A DNA stretch of 64,000 nt, taken from positions 53,506,001 through 53,570,000 of the forward strand of contig NC_043002.1 of assembly GCF_006345805.1 (NCBI RefSeq). The letters run 5' to 3'. Source of the stretch: Octopus sinensis. Taxonomy: Eukaryota. The position numbers were made by a program, and so were the translations under genes. Under the pieces are notes generated by a model. That model was not told the origin of the DNA, made no database searches, and saw only the letters and a program-made list of their open reading frames with translations. Shown piece by piece: positions 37,670-50,100 of this stretch; the stretch's first letter is position 1, and every line of letters starts with the position of its first letter.

Positions 37670-37972
37670 TATTGTTTATATATACGTGTGTGGTTGTGGT
37701 GTGGTGTGTGTGGTGTGTGTATTTTCCTTTTAATAGATTTATTCCACTAGTAATAAAGACCAGAAATAATAAAGAATATAATAAAGAAGTAATAAAGACC
37801 AGAATATAAATTAATGTATATGCAGAGATAAGACAAAATGTAATTTAATAATAAATGTAATTTGGATGATGTAGTACATAAATGTGTAGTAACTTTGATT
37901 GATGATAATATTAATAGGAATAGTTATAATTTAAATGCGATTTACGTGGGGCCGACTCCTAATAAAAGCAAA
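36708..37972 (+). repeat. Tandem triplication, units of about 380-440 bp
   Basis: Units begin at about 36708, 37089 and 37532 with AGCG(A/T)AGGGTC. Each holds a microsatellite block and the 5' edge of a PLE endonuclease fragment. Confidence 0.9.
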
Positions 37973-38960
37973 TTAGGGGTGGCTCAACACATGCATTCAT
38001 TTAAGAATAAAATATTGACTAATTCTACTGGGCTTAGCAAATATATATGGAAATTGATACCTAAAAGAATTAAGTATGATTTAAATTGGGAGATAGTTTG
38101 TAAAGCTAAATCTTAACGAATAGTTAATAATTTTTGTTTACTATGTACAAATGAATTTATGGAGATATTACTATCTAATAATAAAAAATTGATTAATACC
38201 AAGATGAGAGAAAAATTAAATGTAGACATAGGTTAAATTACTTATATAATAAGTTTGGCTAGTATGTGTATATATATAAACTCTGATTTATGTTACTAAT
38301 TTATGTAGTTATAATTTGTAGTAGTATAATGAGTATAAATTAGCCGTAGATTATGTAGTGTATGTACATAACTAGAATAGGATTAAACCAAGGTGTTTAT
38401 AAATAAATAAATAAATTCATGATTATAGATTAATTTTACGTATTTTAGTTATAAATTATTGAAAATTTAAAATGTTTCCAGTAAATGGTATATTACATCG
38501 AGTTTGTTTGTTATTTTTACAGCTAAAATACACATTGTTATTTTCACAGCTAAAATACATATTTCTATTTATTTATACTATAGTTATTATTTACGTCATG
38601 TTTTCCCAAGATAAATTTCTTTGCAACGCTAGGTTCTGAGTTTAACGTTTAAATATAACTGGTATTTTTCAATAAGATAAGTTATCATTTTATTTTTCAT
38701 TAATATTGTTACATTTTATTCGATTATTTATTGTTACGATATGTATATTTCTATATCTATTTGTTAATTATAATATGTTAAGATACATTTTGTTATTTTA
38801 GACCTGAAGAGTGGCTATATTTTCAAATAGAAATAATTTTAAATCGAATTAATTTTAATAGTATCGATTTTATTATTATCGATTTAAAGATATAGTCACG
38901 AAACGCGCGTAGTCAATTTAATGTTTATTTAATTTAGTGATTTTTATAATAATATTTATA
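37790..38960 (+). mobile_element. 3' part of a Penelope-like element (GIY-YIG domain and pLTR with hammerhead)
   Basis: IYVGPT..QHMHSFKNK..NSTGLSKYIWKL..YDLNWEIVCKA..FCLLCTNE..CRHR, ending at about 38260, followed by an AT-rich pLTR containing the ribozyme motif. Confidence 0.85.
38801..38914 (+). ncRNA. Type I hammerhead ribozyme motif with a long helix II insertion
   Basis: Helix I GAC/GUC; CUGAAGA at 38804-38810; helix II GUGGCUAUAU (38811-38820) with AUAUAGUCAC (38890-38899); GAAA at 38900-38903; palindromic helix III ACGCGCGU; GUA site, with cleavage predicted after 38911. Confidence 0.85.
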
Positions 38961-39157
38961 ATAATATATTTAAATCATTTCTATATGATTTAATATAGAT
39001 GATATATTTCACTATTCAATTGAATACTTACAGAGATTATATATTGTGAAATTGATTTAGAATTGCTAATTGAATTTTTTTCTGTAAGTTTGGAATGTTT
39101 TATTCCCACTATTATTAATAACATAATATATAGAATATATAATATATATATATAATA

Positions 39158-39207
<50 letters not shown>

Positions 39208-39872
39208 ATAAATATTATACATATATATATATATGTATGTATGTATGTATATAAAAGTATACATGTATTGTAACGTAGTTACTCGTCACCAATGTTGTTA
39301 GTATCGTTACTATTCATGACCATGATTGTTTACACTATGACCGTGTAGTAACAATAAAATATAAGCAGGGTAACAATAACGTTGCAATCCAACAAACTCA
39401 CCAAAACTATCCTTGAACAAACAAACGATATTCCGGCAAACTACAAAAATGACACCTTATAGTCGTTCGGTCAAGTCTATTCTCGCAAAGGCTGTCGTGA
39501 CTCTCTTCACAACACTTAACCACACAGAAATATAAATATAAACATATATATAGATAGATAGATATTTGTTGTGTGTCGGCATATAGGTATAAAAATGTCC
39601 CCAAAAGCATGATTGCGATCACGTATATATATATGTGCATAAGGATACCTGTGTATGAGTGCATGTATATTTATACACAAGCACGCACGTACACACACAC
39701 ATATATCTAAATATATATACACACACACGCATACGTACGTAATGTATATCTGTCATTCTCTCTATCTATAAGTACGTGCCTGCCTACCTACCTATCTACA
39801 TACTTCATACATACATACATACATCCATGCTTACATACATACACTATATATATATATATATGTGTGTGTGTG

Positions 39873-40016
39873 TACTCTTTTACTCTTTTACTTGTTTCAG
39901 TCATTTGACTGCGGCCATGCTGGAGCACCGCCTTTAGTCGAGCAAATCGACCCTGGGACTTATTCTTTGTAAGCCCAGTACTTATTCTATCGGTCTCTTT
40001 TGCCGAACCGCTAAGT
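39873..40016 (-). mobile_element. SINE family A 3' half
   Basis: Near-identical to the reverse complement of the family A tail. Confidence 0.9.
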
Positions 40017-40685
40017 ATGAGTTACAATTAACTCACACAGTTTAGAAAACAGGGGGAAAAGTGAGGGTTGACTTGCAATAACTAAATCACCGAACTCTGG
40101 AAAAGCCTTACTCAGTGTATGCGGCAGCTTGATTTATGCTTTTTCCCATTATGCCAATTTGCGTTGAATAAAACTCAACAAAGGATTAACAAAGTATTAA
40201 AAAATACACTGTTTTTATTTAGAAATAGAAACTAAGTTTAAATCGATAATTATATTGACACTTTCTAAATATCAATATCTATGAACAGTTATGTTAGACA
40301 CGCTTTCAAATATTTAAAGTACATAATGTTACCTCCCCTGTCACCGCTCTCATTACATTGTGCATTTATTGGAAATTTAGGTTACTAACACATGACGTTA
40401 GATCCGTCGTGACCTGTATATATATGTATGTGCGTGTGTGTGTATAAAGTGATTAGATAGGGATAAATTATCCAGGCTGGTATTGTAACAGCTCTCTGAT
40501 ATGTTCCAGGTTACGGCTAACCGTATCAACTAGTAATAAACATCAATCTCGCTGTAATACCTCTGATGGGTAACACCATTTTAATCAACTAATTATGCTA
40601 TAATGACCGACTAAAAATAAAAATAAAAATTTGAAGATGTACTAGTCTCTGTACTCTCTCGCTCTGTATATATATATATATAATA

Positions 40686-40726
<41 letters not shown>

Positions 40727-41430
40727 TAACATGTATAGAAATATGTGTGTGTGTGTGTCTGTCTATGAATGTATGTATGTATGAATGTATGTATGTGTGC
40801 ATATTTATCCTATGCTTATCTTAATTTTATTGGTATCATTCTTTCTGTTAATCCGAGGCTAATATAGACCATTGGATCATGTTGTCATGAAGTAGGGTCG
40901 AACTTTAATAAACTATAAGCTTGCAAAGCAAACTTCTAAACCACAATGGCCTGTCTTTACGCAGATGCTATAATATTGACCCACCAACCGCCACCACCAT
41001 TTCATTTGTATATTTTCCTTGTGTGAACATTCATATTCAGATTATTACAGCTAACCTTTCATTTTCAATTCACTCTGGTTTCTTGGCTGAGATATTGGCC
41101 ACTTGTATAGAAATTGATTTTTTTTTTGCATAGGTATATAGGATGACATAACTTCAATCGATTTCCTGATGCTACCAAACATTTATTTTGATGATCTAGG
41201 ATTTAGGCAACATATCATGTTTCCTGTTATCAATCTGAGACATAGACATTCATTATACGTCGGATAAATTTTCTCATAGCTTAAAGATTTAATCGATAAA
41301 TAATTTTCATTTATTTATTATTTCTTCTTTTTTTTTTTTTGAAATTTGACATCTTTTTCCGTAATCGTTTTTGCGCAACTAGCGAGATTATTTGTCTTGC
41401 TTGTTTTCTACTAAAAATGCGAGTCAACAA

Positions 41431-41940
41431 TTATTCTTTTATTCTTATATTTGTGTCAGTCATTTGACTGCAGTCATGCTGGAGCACTGCCTTTAGTTGA
41501 ACAAATCGATCCCAGAACTCTTTATTTGTAAGCCTAGTACTTATTCTATTGTTCTCTTTTATCGAGCCAGCATGTTACGGGGACGTAAATACACCAACAT
41601 CGGTTGGTGGTGGGGACAAACACAGACACAAACATATATACATATATATGCATTATATATATATATACATTATATATATCTATATCTATCTATCTATCTT
41701 TCTATCTATCTATCTATCTATCTATCTAACTATCTATCTATCTATCTATCTATCTATATATATATATATATATATATACGCGACGTGCTTCTTTCAATTT
41801 CCGTTTACCAAATCCACTCAGAAGACTTTGGTCGGCTCGAGGCAATAGTAGAAGACACTTTGCGAAGGTGCCACGCAGTGGGACTGAACCTGAAGCCATG
41901 TGTTTAGGAAGGAAGCTCCTTACCACACGGCCACGCCAGT
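41431..41940 (-). mobile_element. SINE family A, full length, with internal (TCTA)n
   Basis: Head, body and tail all recognisable. Confidence 0.85.
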
Positions 41941-42215
41941 TTTAGAGCCAGCCACCGTTTAAAGCTTCTATTTATTCGTTCTCTCCACAACTAGTTATAG
42001 CATAGCATTCATATTATGTCTTATAATACGTGGACATAAACTCTGTATAATGTTTTAATAAAAAGGAAATGATGACATACAACTTTTCGGTTGCCTTTGG
42101 TCATATGTGGGCCCAGTTAGGACAGATCCGAGGTAAAACATAAGACCTTACGAGGGTTGAGTAAATCCCAGTAAGGTTTTGAAAAGAAAAGAATAACAAA
42201 AGCAAATTTAACAAT

Positions 42216-42401
42216 AGGTGCAGTAGTGGCCGTGTGATAAGAAACTTGCTCCACAACCGCATAATTCTGGGTTCAGTCCCACAGCGTGGCATCTTGGACA
42301 AGTGTTTTCTACTATGGTCTCGGATAGACAGAAGCCTAGTGAGTGAATATGGTACGCGGAAACTGAAAGAAAACTGGCGTTTATATACATACATACATAC
42401 A

Positions 42402-42464
<63 letters not shown>

Positions 42465-42475
42465 ATATATATATA

Positions 42476-42518
<43 letters not shown>

Positions 42519-42685
42519 GGCCCCCCACCATCGTTTGACAACTGATGTTCGCGTAACTTTGTGACCGATAAAATGAGTACTAGGCTTACAAAGAATAAGT
42601 CCTGGGGTCGATTTGTTCGACAAAAGGCGGTGCTCTATCATGGCTGCAGTCAAATGACTGAAATAAGTAAAAGAAATAAAATAAA
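42216..42685 (+). mobile_element. SINE family A, full length, with internal (TACA)n/(TA)n
   Basis: Head GGTGCAGTAGTGGCCGTGTG...GGGTTCAGTCCC; tail GGCGGTGCT...ACTGAAATAAGTAAAAG. Confidence 0.85.
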
Positions 42686-42967
42686 ATCATTCATAAGTCT
42701 TATTAGTTGAGGGGTGATAGTGCTAAACAGTGATGTGTGTAAATACAAGGTTATAGCAAGGTCGAATATGCTTAGGGAACATTCGTACCCGTCAGAAAGC
42801 CATTCAATTTCTCCATGACAAAACACAGTAAATGGTTTTCATACGGGCTCGAGCGTGCCCGAAGCATATTTGAACTGCTAATAGCCTCCTATTAATTAGT
42901 TGAAATGCGTGTCTCCAAGATTCAGTGACATGGCCAAGTTAGTGTCTATTACAATATTTCGTCGCAT

Positions 42968-43345
42968 TAAGGTGGCGAGCTGGCAGAAACGTTAGCACGC
43001 CGGGCGAAATGTGTCGCCGTATTTCGTCTGCCGTTACGTTCTGAGTTCAAATTCCGCCGAGGTCGACTTTGCCTTTCATCCTTTAGGGGTCGATAAATTA
43101 AGTACCAGTTACGCACTGGGGCTGATTTAATCGACTTAATCCGTTTATCTGTCCTTGTTTGTCCTCTCTGTGTTTAGCCCCTTGTGGGTAGTAAAGAAAT
43201 AGGTATTTCGTCTGCCGCTACATTCTGATTTCAAATTCCGCCGAGGTCGACTTTGCCTTTCATTATTTCGGAGTCGATAAATTAAATGTCACTGAAACAC
43301 TGGGATCGATGTAATCAACAAGGCCTTGTACCTGTAGCAGAAAGG
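42968..43345 (+). mobile_element. SINE family B dimer
   Basis: A full unit (42968-43202) followed by a second unit starting at TATTTCGTCTGCCGCT. Confidence 0.9.
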
Positions 43346-43803
43346 ATTATTATTATCATTATTATTATTTTTTAAAAACATTTAGTCTCCATGTTTGTTA
43401 TATTCACTTGCCCAGATACACTCAGCGACCAGGTGCGAGTGAAGGATAAGAGCTTGGGGAGGGGAGGTAGCGAAATATCTTCATCTAACACAACACAAAC
43501 ACTTAAAGTAATAGGGTTTTTCTAAGGATGTGGGCAGTACTTGTCAGCACAATCTTTTGGATTTCTCTGAGAGATGGTTCTGCTAGGATCTTATCTAGAT
43601 ATTTCTGATCTGACATCTCTTTTTTATCATACCTAGGGCACCTACAATAACAGGAACAGTCTCATTTTAAGATGGCACAAATTTTGTATTTCAATTTCCA
43701 AGTGTTTGTCAAATTCTTGACAGATAGCTTTTTATCAGTAAAAACACTTACATCTATTAGTCTACAAGTATTTTCTTCCCTGTCTTTAATAATTACATCT
43801 GGT
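43346..43803 (-). mobile_element. 3' end of an R4/Dong-type LINE (RLE domain) with a (TAA)n tail
   Basis: PDVIIKDREENTCRLIDVSV..D...K..LEIEIQ..TVPVIVGALGMIKK..PSLREIQKIVLTSTAHILRK, then a 3' UTR and (TAA)n at about 43346-43370. Confidence 0.85.
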
Positions 43804-43804
43804 A

Positions 43805-43875
43805 ATCTCGGAGTCGATGAAATAAGTACCAGTTGAGTACTGGGGTCGATGTAACCGACTTACGACGTCCCCCAA
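43805..43875 (+). mobile_element. SINE family B internal fragment
   Basis: TCGGAGTCGATGAAATAAGTACCAG..ACTGGGGTCGATGTAACCGACTT. Confidence 0.7.
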
Positions 43876-44015
43876 AAGTAAGGATCATATGGATAAATAT
43901 ATATGCACTTAGTACGCTTGCAATTAGTAATTTGAGATAGGAAAACAAACATGAATATCATACTAGTATGGATATCATACAAGTATAACAGATTACATCG
44001 CAATGAATTGACTAT

Positions 44016-44057
<42 letters not shown>

Positions 44058-44772
44058 TTTTCTCTCTCCCACCTTATCTCTTAAATAGGCACAAATGAGT
44101 ATTCTTTATCGTGAGCAATATCTTGACACTATTTTCTAATATCTCATTGTTCGAGATGTTTTTCAGGTGATAAAATAGCTGCTTGGCGTCAAAAAGTGTA
44201 AAATTAATTGTATGGAATGTAGAAAGAAATTGAATAAATGAAAATATGCGACGATAGACGATTATTAGTGAAATATAAGCTTAATGGCGACAAACAGAAA
44301 TGACACCATACAGTACAAACACAACAAACAGACTTATTCAAATTTGAACTAGCAAAAACAAAAACAAAAACAAAAACAAAAAAATGAAGAAGCTGCAGAC
44401 TTAACTAGTCGTATAATGTCGTTCGACATTTCGCAGATGTTTCACCATTCGGTTAATGGTTTCCTTTTTATTCTATTTAATTTCATATCACTTTTGTGAA
44501 CAGACACAATGCTAGTCATAGTTCTTCATTGAGCATGCCATATGGTTATTGCCTTTACGATATCGAGAATGACCAAGTCCATACTAGAGTCTGTCAAGCC
44601 ATTGTATGGTGAAAGTACTGGTATCAATGTTATACCTGTTTGCGGAATACTCAGCTACTTTACGCGCTATTTTAAAAATCAGGTCATTTAATTGTTAGAA
44701 CAAGTGAGTGTCTTTTGTCGAAATCGATGAAGGACACACATTAAAGTATACTCATGCACGCAAATATGTATA

Positions 44773-45137
44773 TACTCTTTTACTCTTCTACTTGTTTCAG
44801 TCATTTGACTGTGGCCAAGCTGGAGCACTGCCTTTAGTCGAACAAATCGACCCCAGGACTTATTCTTTGTAAGCCTAGTACTTATTCTATCGGTCCCTTT
44901 TGCCGAACCGCTAAGTTACGGTGACGTAAACACACCAGCATCGGTTGTCAAGTGATGTTGGGGGGACAAACACAGACACACAAACATATACACACACACA
45001 CATATATATACATATATACGACGGGCTTCCTTTAGTTTCCGTCTACCAAATCCACTCATAAGGCTTTGGTCGGCCCGAAGCTATAGTAGAAGACACTTGC
45101 CCAAGGTGCCACGCAGTGGGACTGAACCCGAAACCAT
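44773..45137 (-). mobile_element. SINE family A, near full length and little diverged
   Basis: Close match to the family A consensus with a short internal microsatellite. Confidence 0.9.
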
Positions 45138-45404
45138 ATGTATAATCTTTTATTATAATTGTATATGTATGTATAATCTTTTATTGTCATTGCATTGCTG
45201 CCACGTTGGGGCATTGTGTTGAGAGGTGTTTCTCGAAAAATCGCCTCCTGTACTTATTCCTTCTAAGTTTGGTAATCATTTAATTGGTTTCTTATTCTGA
45301 GCCACTAAATTACAGGGACAAAACAACATCGGTTGTCACGCGAGGTAGAGTCGAATACAAAACACGTACACAAATGCATATATGAATGTACGTTTGTATG
45401 TAGC

Positions 45405-45525
<121 letters not shown>

Positions 45526-45626
45526 GCTATCTCCTTCCCTATCTTTCTCTCTCTCTCTGTTTCTCTCTATCGCTTTCTCTTTCTTTCTCTCTCTCTCTCG
45601 CATTGGTGGGTAAAATTACTGTATTG

Positions 45627-45717
45627 GTGTATTAACGCTACCACTAGTTTGATATCAAGAAGCATTAAGATATCAATTTACATTCTTTACATGAAACCAA
45701 TGGTAGCGTTAATACAC
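45627..45717. repeat. 91-bp element bounded by a perfect 17-bp inverted repeat (possible mini-MITE)
   Basis: GTGTATTAACGCTACCA at 45627-45643 and TGGTAGCGTTAATACAC at 45701-45717. Confidence 0.75.
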
Positions 45718-45951
45718 ACACACAAACATGTTGGCGATTTTTTTTTTCGTTCTTCCTTTTCCTTTGGACTTTACTATGTTTCCTGTTGCCGAAGAATAAC
45801 TATGCTCGAAAAGTAAAACAACCGCTCTTGTCTTTCTCCGAGCGTCTTATTAATATTTTACATGTGCTAAGTCCTCACGTTGTTTTTTTGTTGTTGTTGT
45901 TTTCTCCGCTTTTGAATTAACTATACACACAGACACACACACACGCACGCA

Positions 45952-45998
<47 letters not shown>

Positions 45999-46007
45999 CA
46001 CATATAT

Positions 46008-46155
46008 GCACGGGCTTCCATTCAATTTCTACTAAACTGTAAATTTACTGACAGAGTATTGGTATTTTATTAATAAATGTAGCCTGCGCAAGTCGCCTCG
46101 CAGAGGGACTACATGAACCCGCAACCGTGTGATTACGAAACAAAATTCTTAGTCA
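46008..46155 (-). mobile_element. Very degenerate SINE family A 5' part
   Basis: ACGGGCTTC..CAATTTC...GAACCCGCAACCGTGTGATTACGAAAC. Confidence 0.45.
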
Positions 46156-48329
46156 CAGAGCTATACAGCCATGCAGCGATGAGTGTGCATGTGTATGAAC
46201 GTGTGTGTGTGTGTTTGTGTGTGCGTGCGCGCGTCTGAACCACAAGCACAAAATGAATCTAATGCAGAAACATATGCAACAACATGAAATGCTTGCGTCG
46301 AGCGACATTATGCGGCAAATTAGATCCACTTTCTGCTGATTGGGTAAGCTCGCATATGATGTCATTGTGTGTGTTTTGCAAAAGTGTGTCTGTACAAGAT
46401 TATTATGCAAGAACAGTGTGATGTCATCGGTTTCCCCATCGATGTGTATACACCTTTGGGTGACACACATCAGTGAATCACATACGTACATATAATGCAT
46501 ATACAGTAGCCTAGGCAGTGAGGCGGGAGCAAGGGGAGCGTCCCACCTGTAGTGATGCTTCTGAGTTTGCTGTATAAGCCTGTATAGGGGTGGGGCTGCC
46601 CCGGATATTTCACACTATAGCTACTCCACTGAACCTATATATCTGTATATGCGTATATGTGTGTGCGCGCGCGCGTGTAAGAGTGTGTGAATCGTTTATC
46701 AATGATCGGCCATCTGCAAAATCTACTCTGAAATATCTTGTGTCGGCAATCAGCGTAACAACGTTTGACAAGGCTAAAAATTTGAATTATGGCTGCAATA
46801 CAACATGCGAGCTTCTAAATTGTTTCCGCCTACTACCTAATTTCGTCCACAAGGTTACCGGGGACTATAGTAAAGATCCGAAGATCCGAAGCAGTGGGAT
46901 TACCTCGGCGTCTGCGCCGAGCATATCTCATATCTTTAGACAGTTATCAATCCAAAGTTATGATATATGTCACTTGCGAGCAAGATGACACGCCGTGATG
47001 AGGTCTGTTACGTAATAGTGTTTTGAAATCGAGACATCTTTACCGCGCAACTTTACAAGCATATCAATTTCGTTTGCGTTAGAAAATTGAGAATCCTTTT
47101 ATTTTTTCTCATCATAGCGATAGATTTCACAGGCGATTGAATCTCGTCTCGTGCCCTAAACACCAGTCTATTTTGTATGTTTTCAATGATTATTTTCATT
47201 TGCAATTTCCTTTCACCCGTAAGTATTTATCCTTCTTACCCTTTAGGGAGAACTAAGCATTCTGTAACTATGGTAATAGTTTTGCACTACTTCTGGCTAA
47301 GTTAATAGATTTTCATATCTTTGTTGGAGTATCTCTGACATATTTGTCGTTATTTGTAACATTTTTCGTATCCAAGATACTGAAACTAATTGCATTTGTA
47401 TAAGTATACAATTACATGTAATTTCTGTGCGTAGGTTTGTATTTTGCTGAGTGTATACGCACGTATTTTGTTGCGTATGGATACATCGCTACTAAATGTG
47501 TTTGTGTGCGTGTATGTGAAACGAAATTAGTTCTGTAATGTTTGTGACGTTGTGTACACATTTTTATCAACGTTTGTGTGTTTATGCATATCTGCTTTTA
47601 TCGTCTGCGTGGGTGTTTGTCGAGCGCAAAAAAGCGTATACACCTATGTAAATCATTGTATGGTGCATGAAGTGGAATCTGCTTGCTAATGAGTATGTAA
47701 ATTTATATGTGAGTACGTGTATGGTTGTGTGTATCTGTACGCATGTGTTTGTAAGAGAGCGTGTGTTTATGTGCGTATGTTTCTATCTGCACCCTTTTTT
47801 TCAGTATGTCTAAGAAGGTTTTGTCAACTAATGCAGCTGTGCTTGAATATAAAAACACCGTGTTGTCATTTCTTAATATGTCGCTTTAGACGTGTATCTG
47901 AAGAAATCTTCTTCTCTGTCATGCTAGAGTGACAAAACAGAAGGGTAGCAGGTTATAAAATTGCCAAATGCCAGAAGCAATTAAAGAATTTACCGTATAT
48001 GCATCCCTGCTACAAATGCATAAATCCATTCCTCTAACCGCAACCCTCTCTACACCTTCCACATCTTGTTACACATATCCCACCTGCAACTCCTCCTTTT
48101 GTCTCCATGACTACAACTATTGTACGACTGTCACTCGATTCTTCATAACCACCAACACAATTATCAACAGTTGTACACAAAGAAATATCACCACAATGCT
48201 TCCATTCTATTCTCCAACACAAATCACCATCTTTAATACCACAGCGAGCATTCAATAAAAAATAACACCGCACTACAAGTACATTAATTTTCACAACTTC
48301 ACAACTATTACTGTGTTTATACGGGGCGG

Positions 48330-48500
48330 GGGCGCAGACATGACTATATGGTTAAGAAATTTGCTTTGCAACCACACGACTTCGGGATCGGTACCATTGC
48401 ACGGCAGCTCTAACAAGTGTTTCTAACAGAGTGTCTAGTTAGCAAATATGCGAATGTATTTTGATTGGAATTTGATAATCAAAAACGGACCGTTCTGTTC
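48330..48500 (+). mobile_element. Very degenerate SINE family A 5' part
   Basis: GGCGCAGACATGACTATATGGTTAAGAAATTTGCTTTGCAACCAC...ACAAGTGTTTC. Confidence 0.5.
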
Positions 48501-48792
48501 ATTATATATCATTATAGACACACACACACACATATATATATATAGTATTAGGGAATACAATTCCAAACTTACAAGGAAAAATTCAATTTAGTAATATTAA
48601 ATCGAATTTCACAATATATAATATATTATTTTGTACTTTACTTAATTATAGGTATATGTTTTATCGTATATTTAATTTTTTCTATATGGTATGATTTAAG
48701 TATATCATTGATGAATTTCTACATGGTGGTTCTCCTCTAATTTATATATATATGTGTGTGTGTGTATCTGTGAGTGTGTGTGTGTGTGTGTG

Positions 48793-48823
<31 letters not shown>

Positions 48824-49619
48824 ATAAGTGATGTAAGCAAAATCACCAAAAAAGACGAGTTTTCACGAAGGTGTTATTAGTTTCACACTCGAAAAAGAAA
48901 AGGTTAATTAGATTAACGTGTTGAGTTTACTAAGGTCATATAATAACATATGGTTTTTATTTTTACTAACTATTGCATGATGGTGAGTTAGTAGAAATAC
49001 TACTCTTTCCCTACTTTCTATGTTTGGGCTGATCCCAATTTGCCAATTTTGGAGAGATGCTAGAGTAGGACGTAGATTTGGGAGAAATTCGAACTCAGAA
49101 CGTAAAGAGACATAAAAAAATGCATATGTCCCACGTAATTAAAGATTCGCTCATAAACTCACTATAAGGAATAATGGTAAGTTGCTGAACCAAAACAACA
49201 GAAGCTTCGCTAAAAAAAAACTGACCTTTGCTTCGTTAAAAGTAAATACTGATAATTATACCGCTCACATAAAGAAATGGTAATTTGAGTTCCTTTCCAT
49301 ACGCATGAGGTTCTTTACTGACAATTGTATCAAGCGATGTATATTACTGATAATTCTAAGAGAAAGCAGACACTTCAAATATCTCGAGAACTATCTCACA
49401 GCTATATGTAAGATTTATATTTTTAAATACAAGATTATTACCAGTTCAAATATGCATGGGGCATATTCAAACTGATAAGAATCCATTCATTGTCTTTTAT
49501 CATCGCTGCTTAGTGCTACCACCCGGTAATTTATATTTTTAGTAGCGAAACATAATTCCATCTTTTAATAATTCTGCTTGTCATCGCGTTACTTAGCTCG
49601 TCGGTATGCTTTCAAGTGA

Positions 49620-49918
49620 TTAGAGAAAAAACAGGAAGAAAGAAGAGGGAAAGAGAAAAAGAGGGAGAGAGAATGTAATTGTAATGTGGTTAGTGAAGGG
49701 AAAGAGAGAAGAAAGAAAAGGAGAGAGAAAAAGAGGATAAGGTGAAGACTCAGACAGAAAGAGGTGGAAGAAAAGGAGGGAGACAGAAAAAGATGGAGAG
49801 AGAAAAAGAGAGAGAGAGAGAAAGAGAAGCATCTATGACTTGAGGTAGGGGAAACGTAATAATTTTCGCAGAGGGGTGATGTTGTGATAGCGAGGTTAAA
49901 GAAAGGCAGAGACAGAGA

Positions 49919-49974
<56 letters not shown>

Positions 49975-50100
49975 GAAGGGGAGAAAGATGGGAGAGAGTG
50001 GGAGAGAGAGATGATGATGGTGATGATGATGGTGGTGGTGGTGGTGGTGGTGGTGGTGGTGGTGGTGGTGGTGATGGAGATGCAAGTGGTGGCGGTGGTG
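49620..50100. repeat. Purine-rich (GA)n low-complexity tract ending in (GAT)n/(GGT)n
   Basis: Seen directly. Confidence 0.9.

Noticed and set aside
36708-37972. CRISPR-like or other regularly spaced array
   Set aside because: Units are about 400 bp with no unique spacers, in a eukaryotic repeat context.
47003-47100. Box C (GTGATGA) suggesting a C/D snoRNA
   Set aside because: No box D (CTGA) or terminal stem within a plausible distance.
50020-50100. (GGT)n as a functional G-quadruplex
   Set aside because: Only two-G runs within an ordinary microsatellite; no evidence of function.
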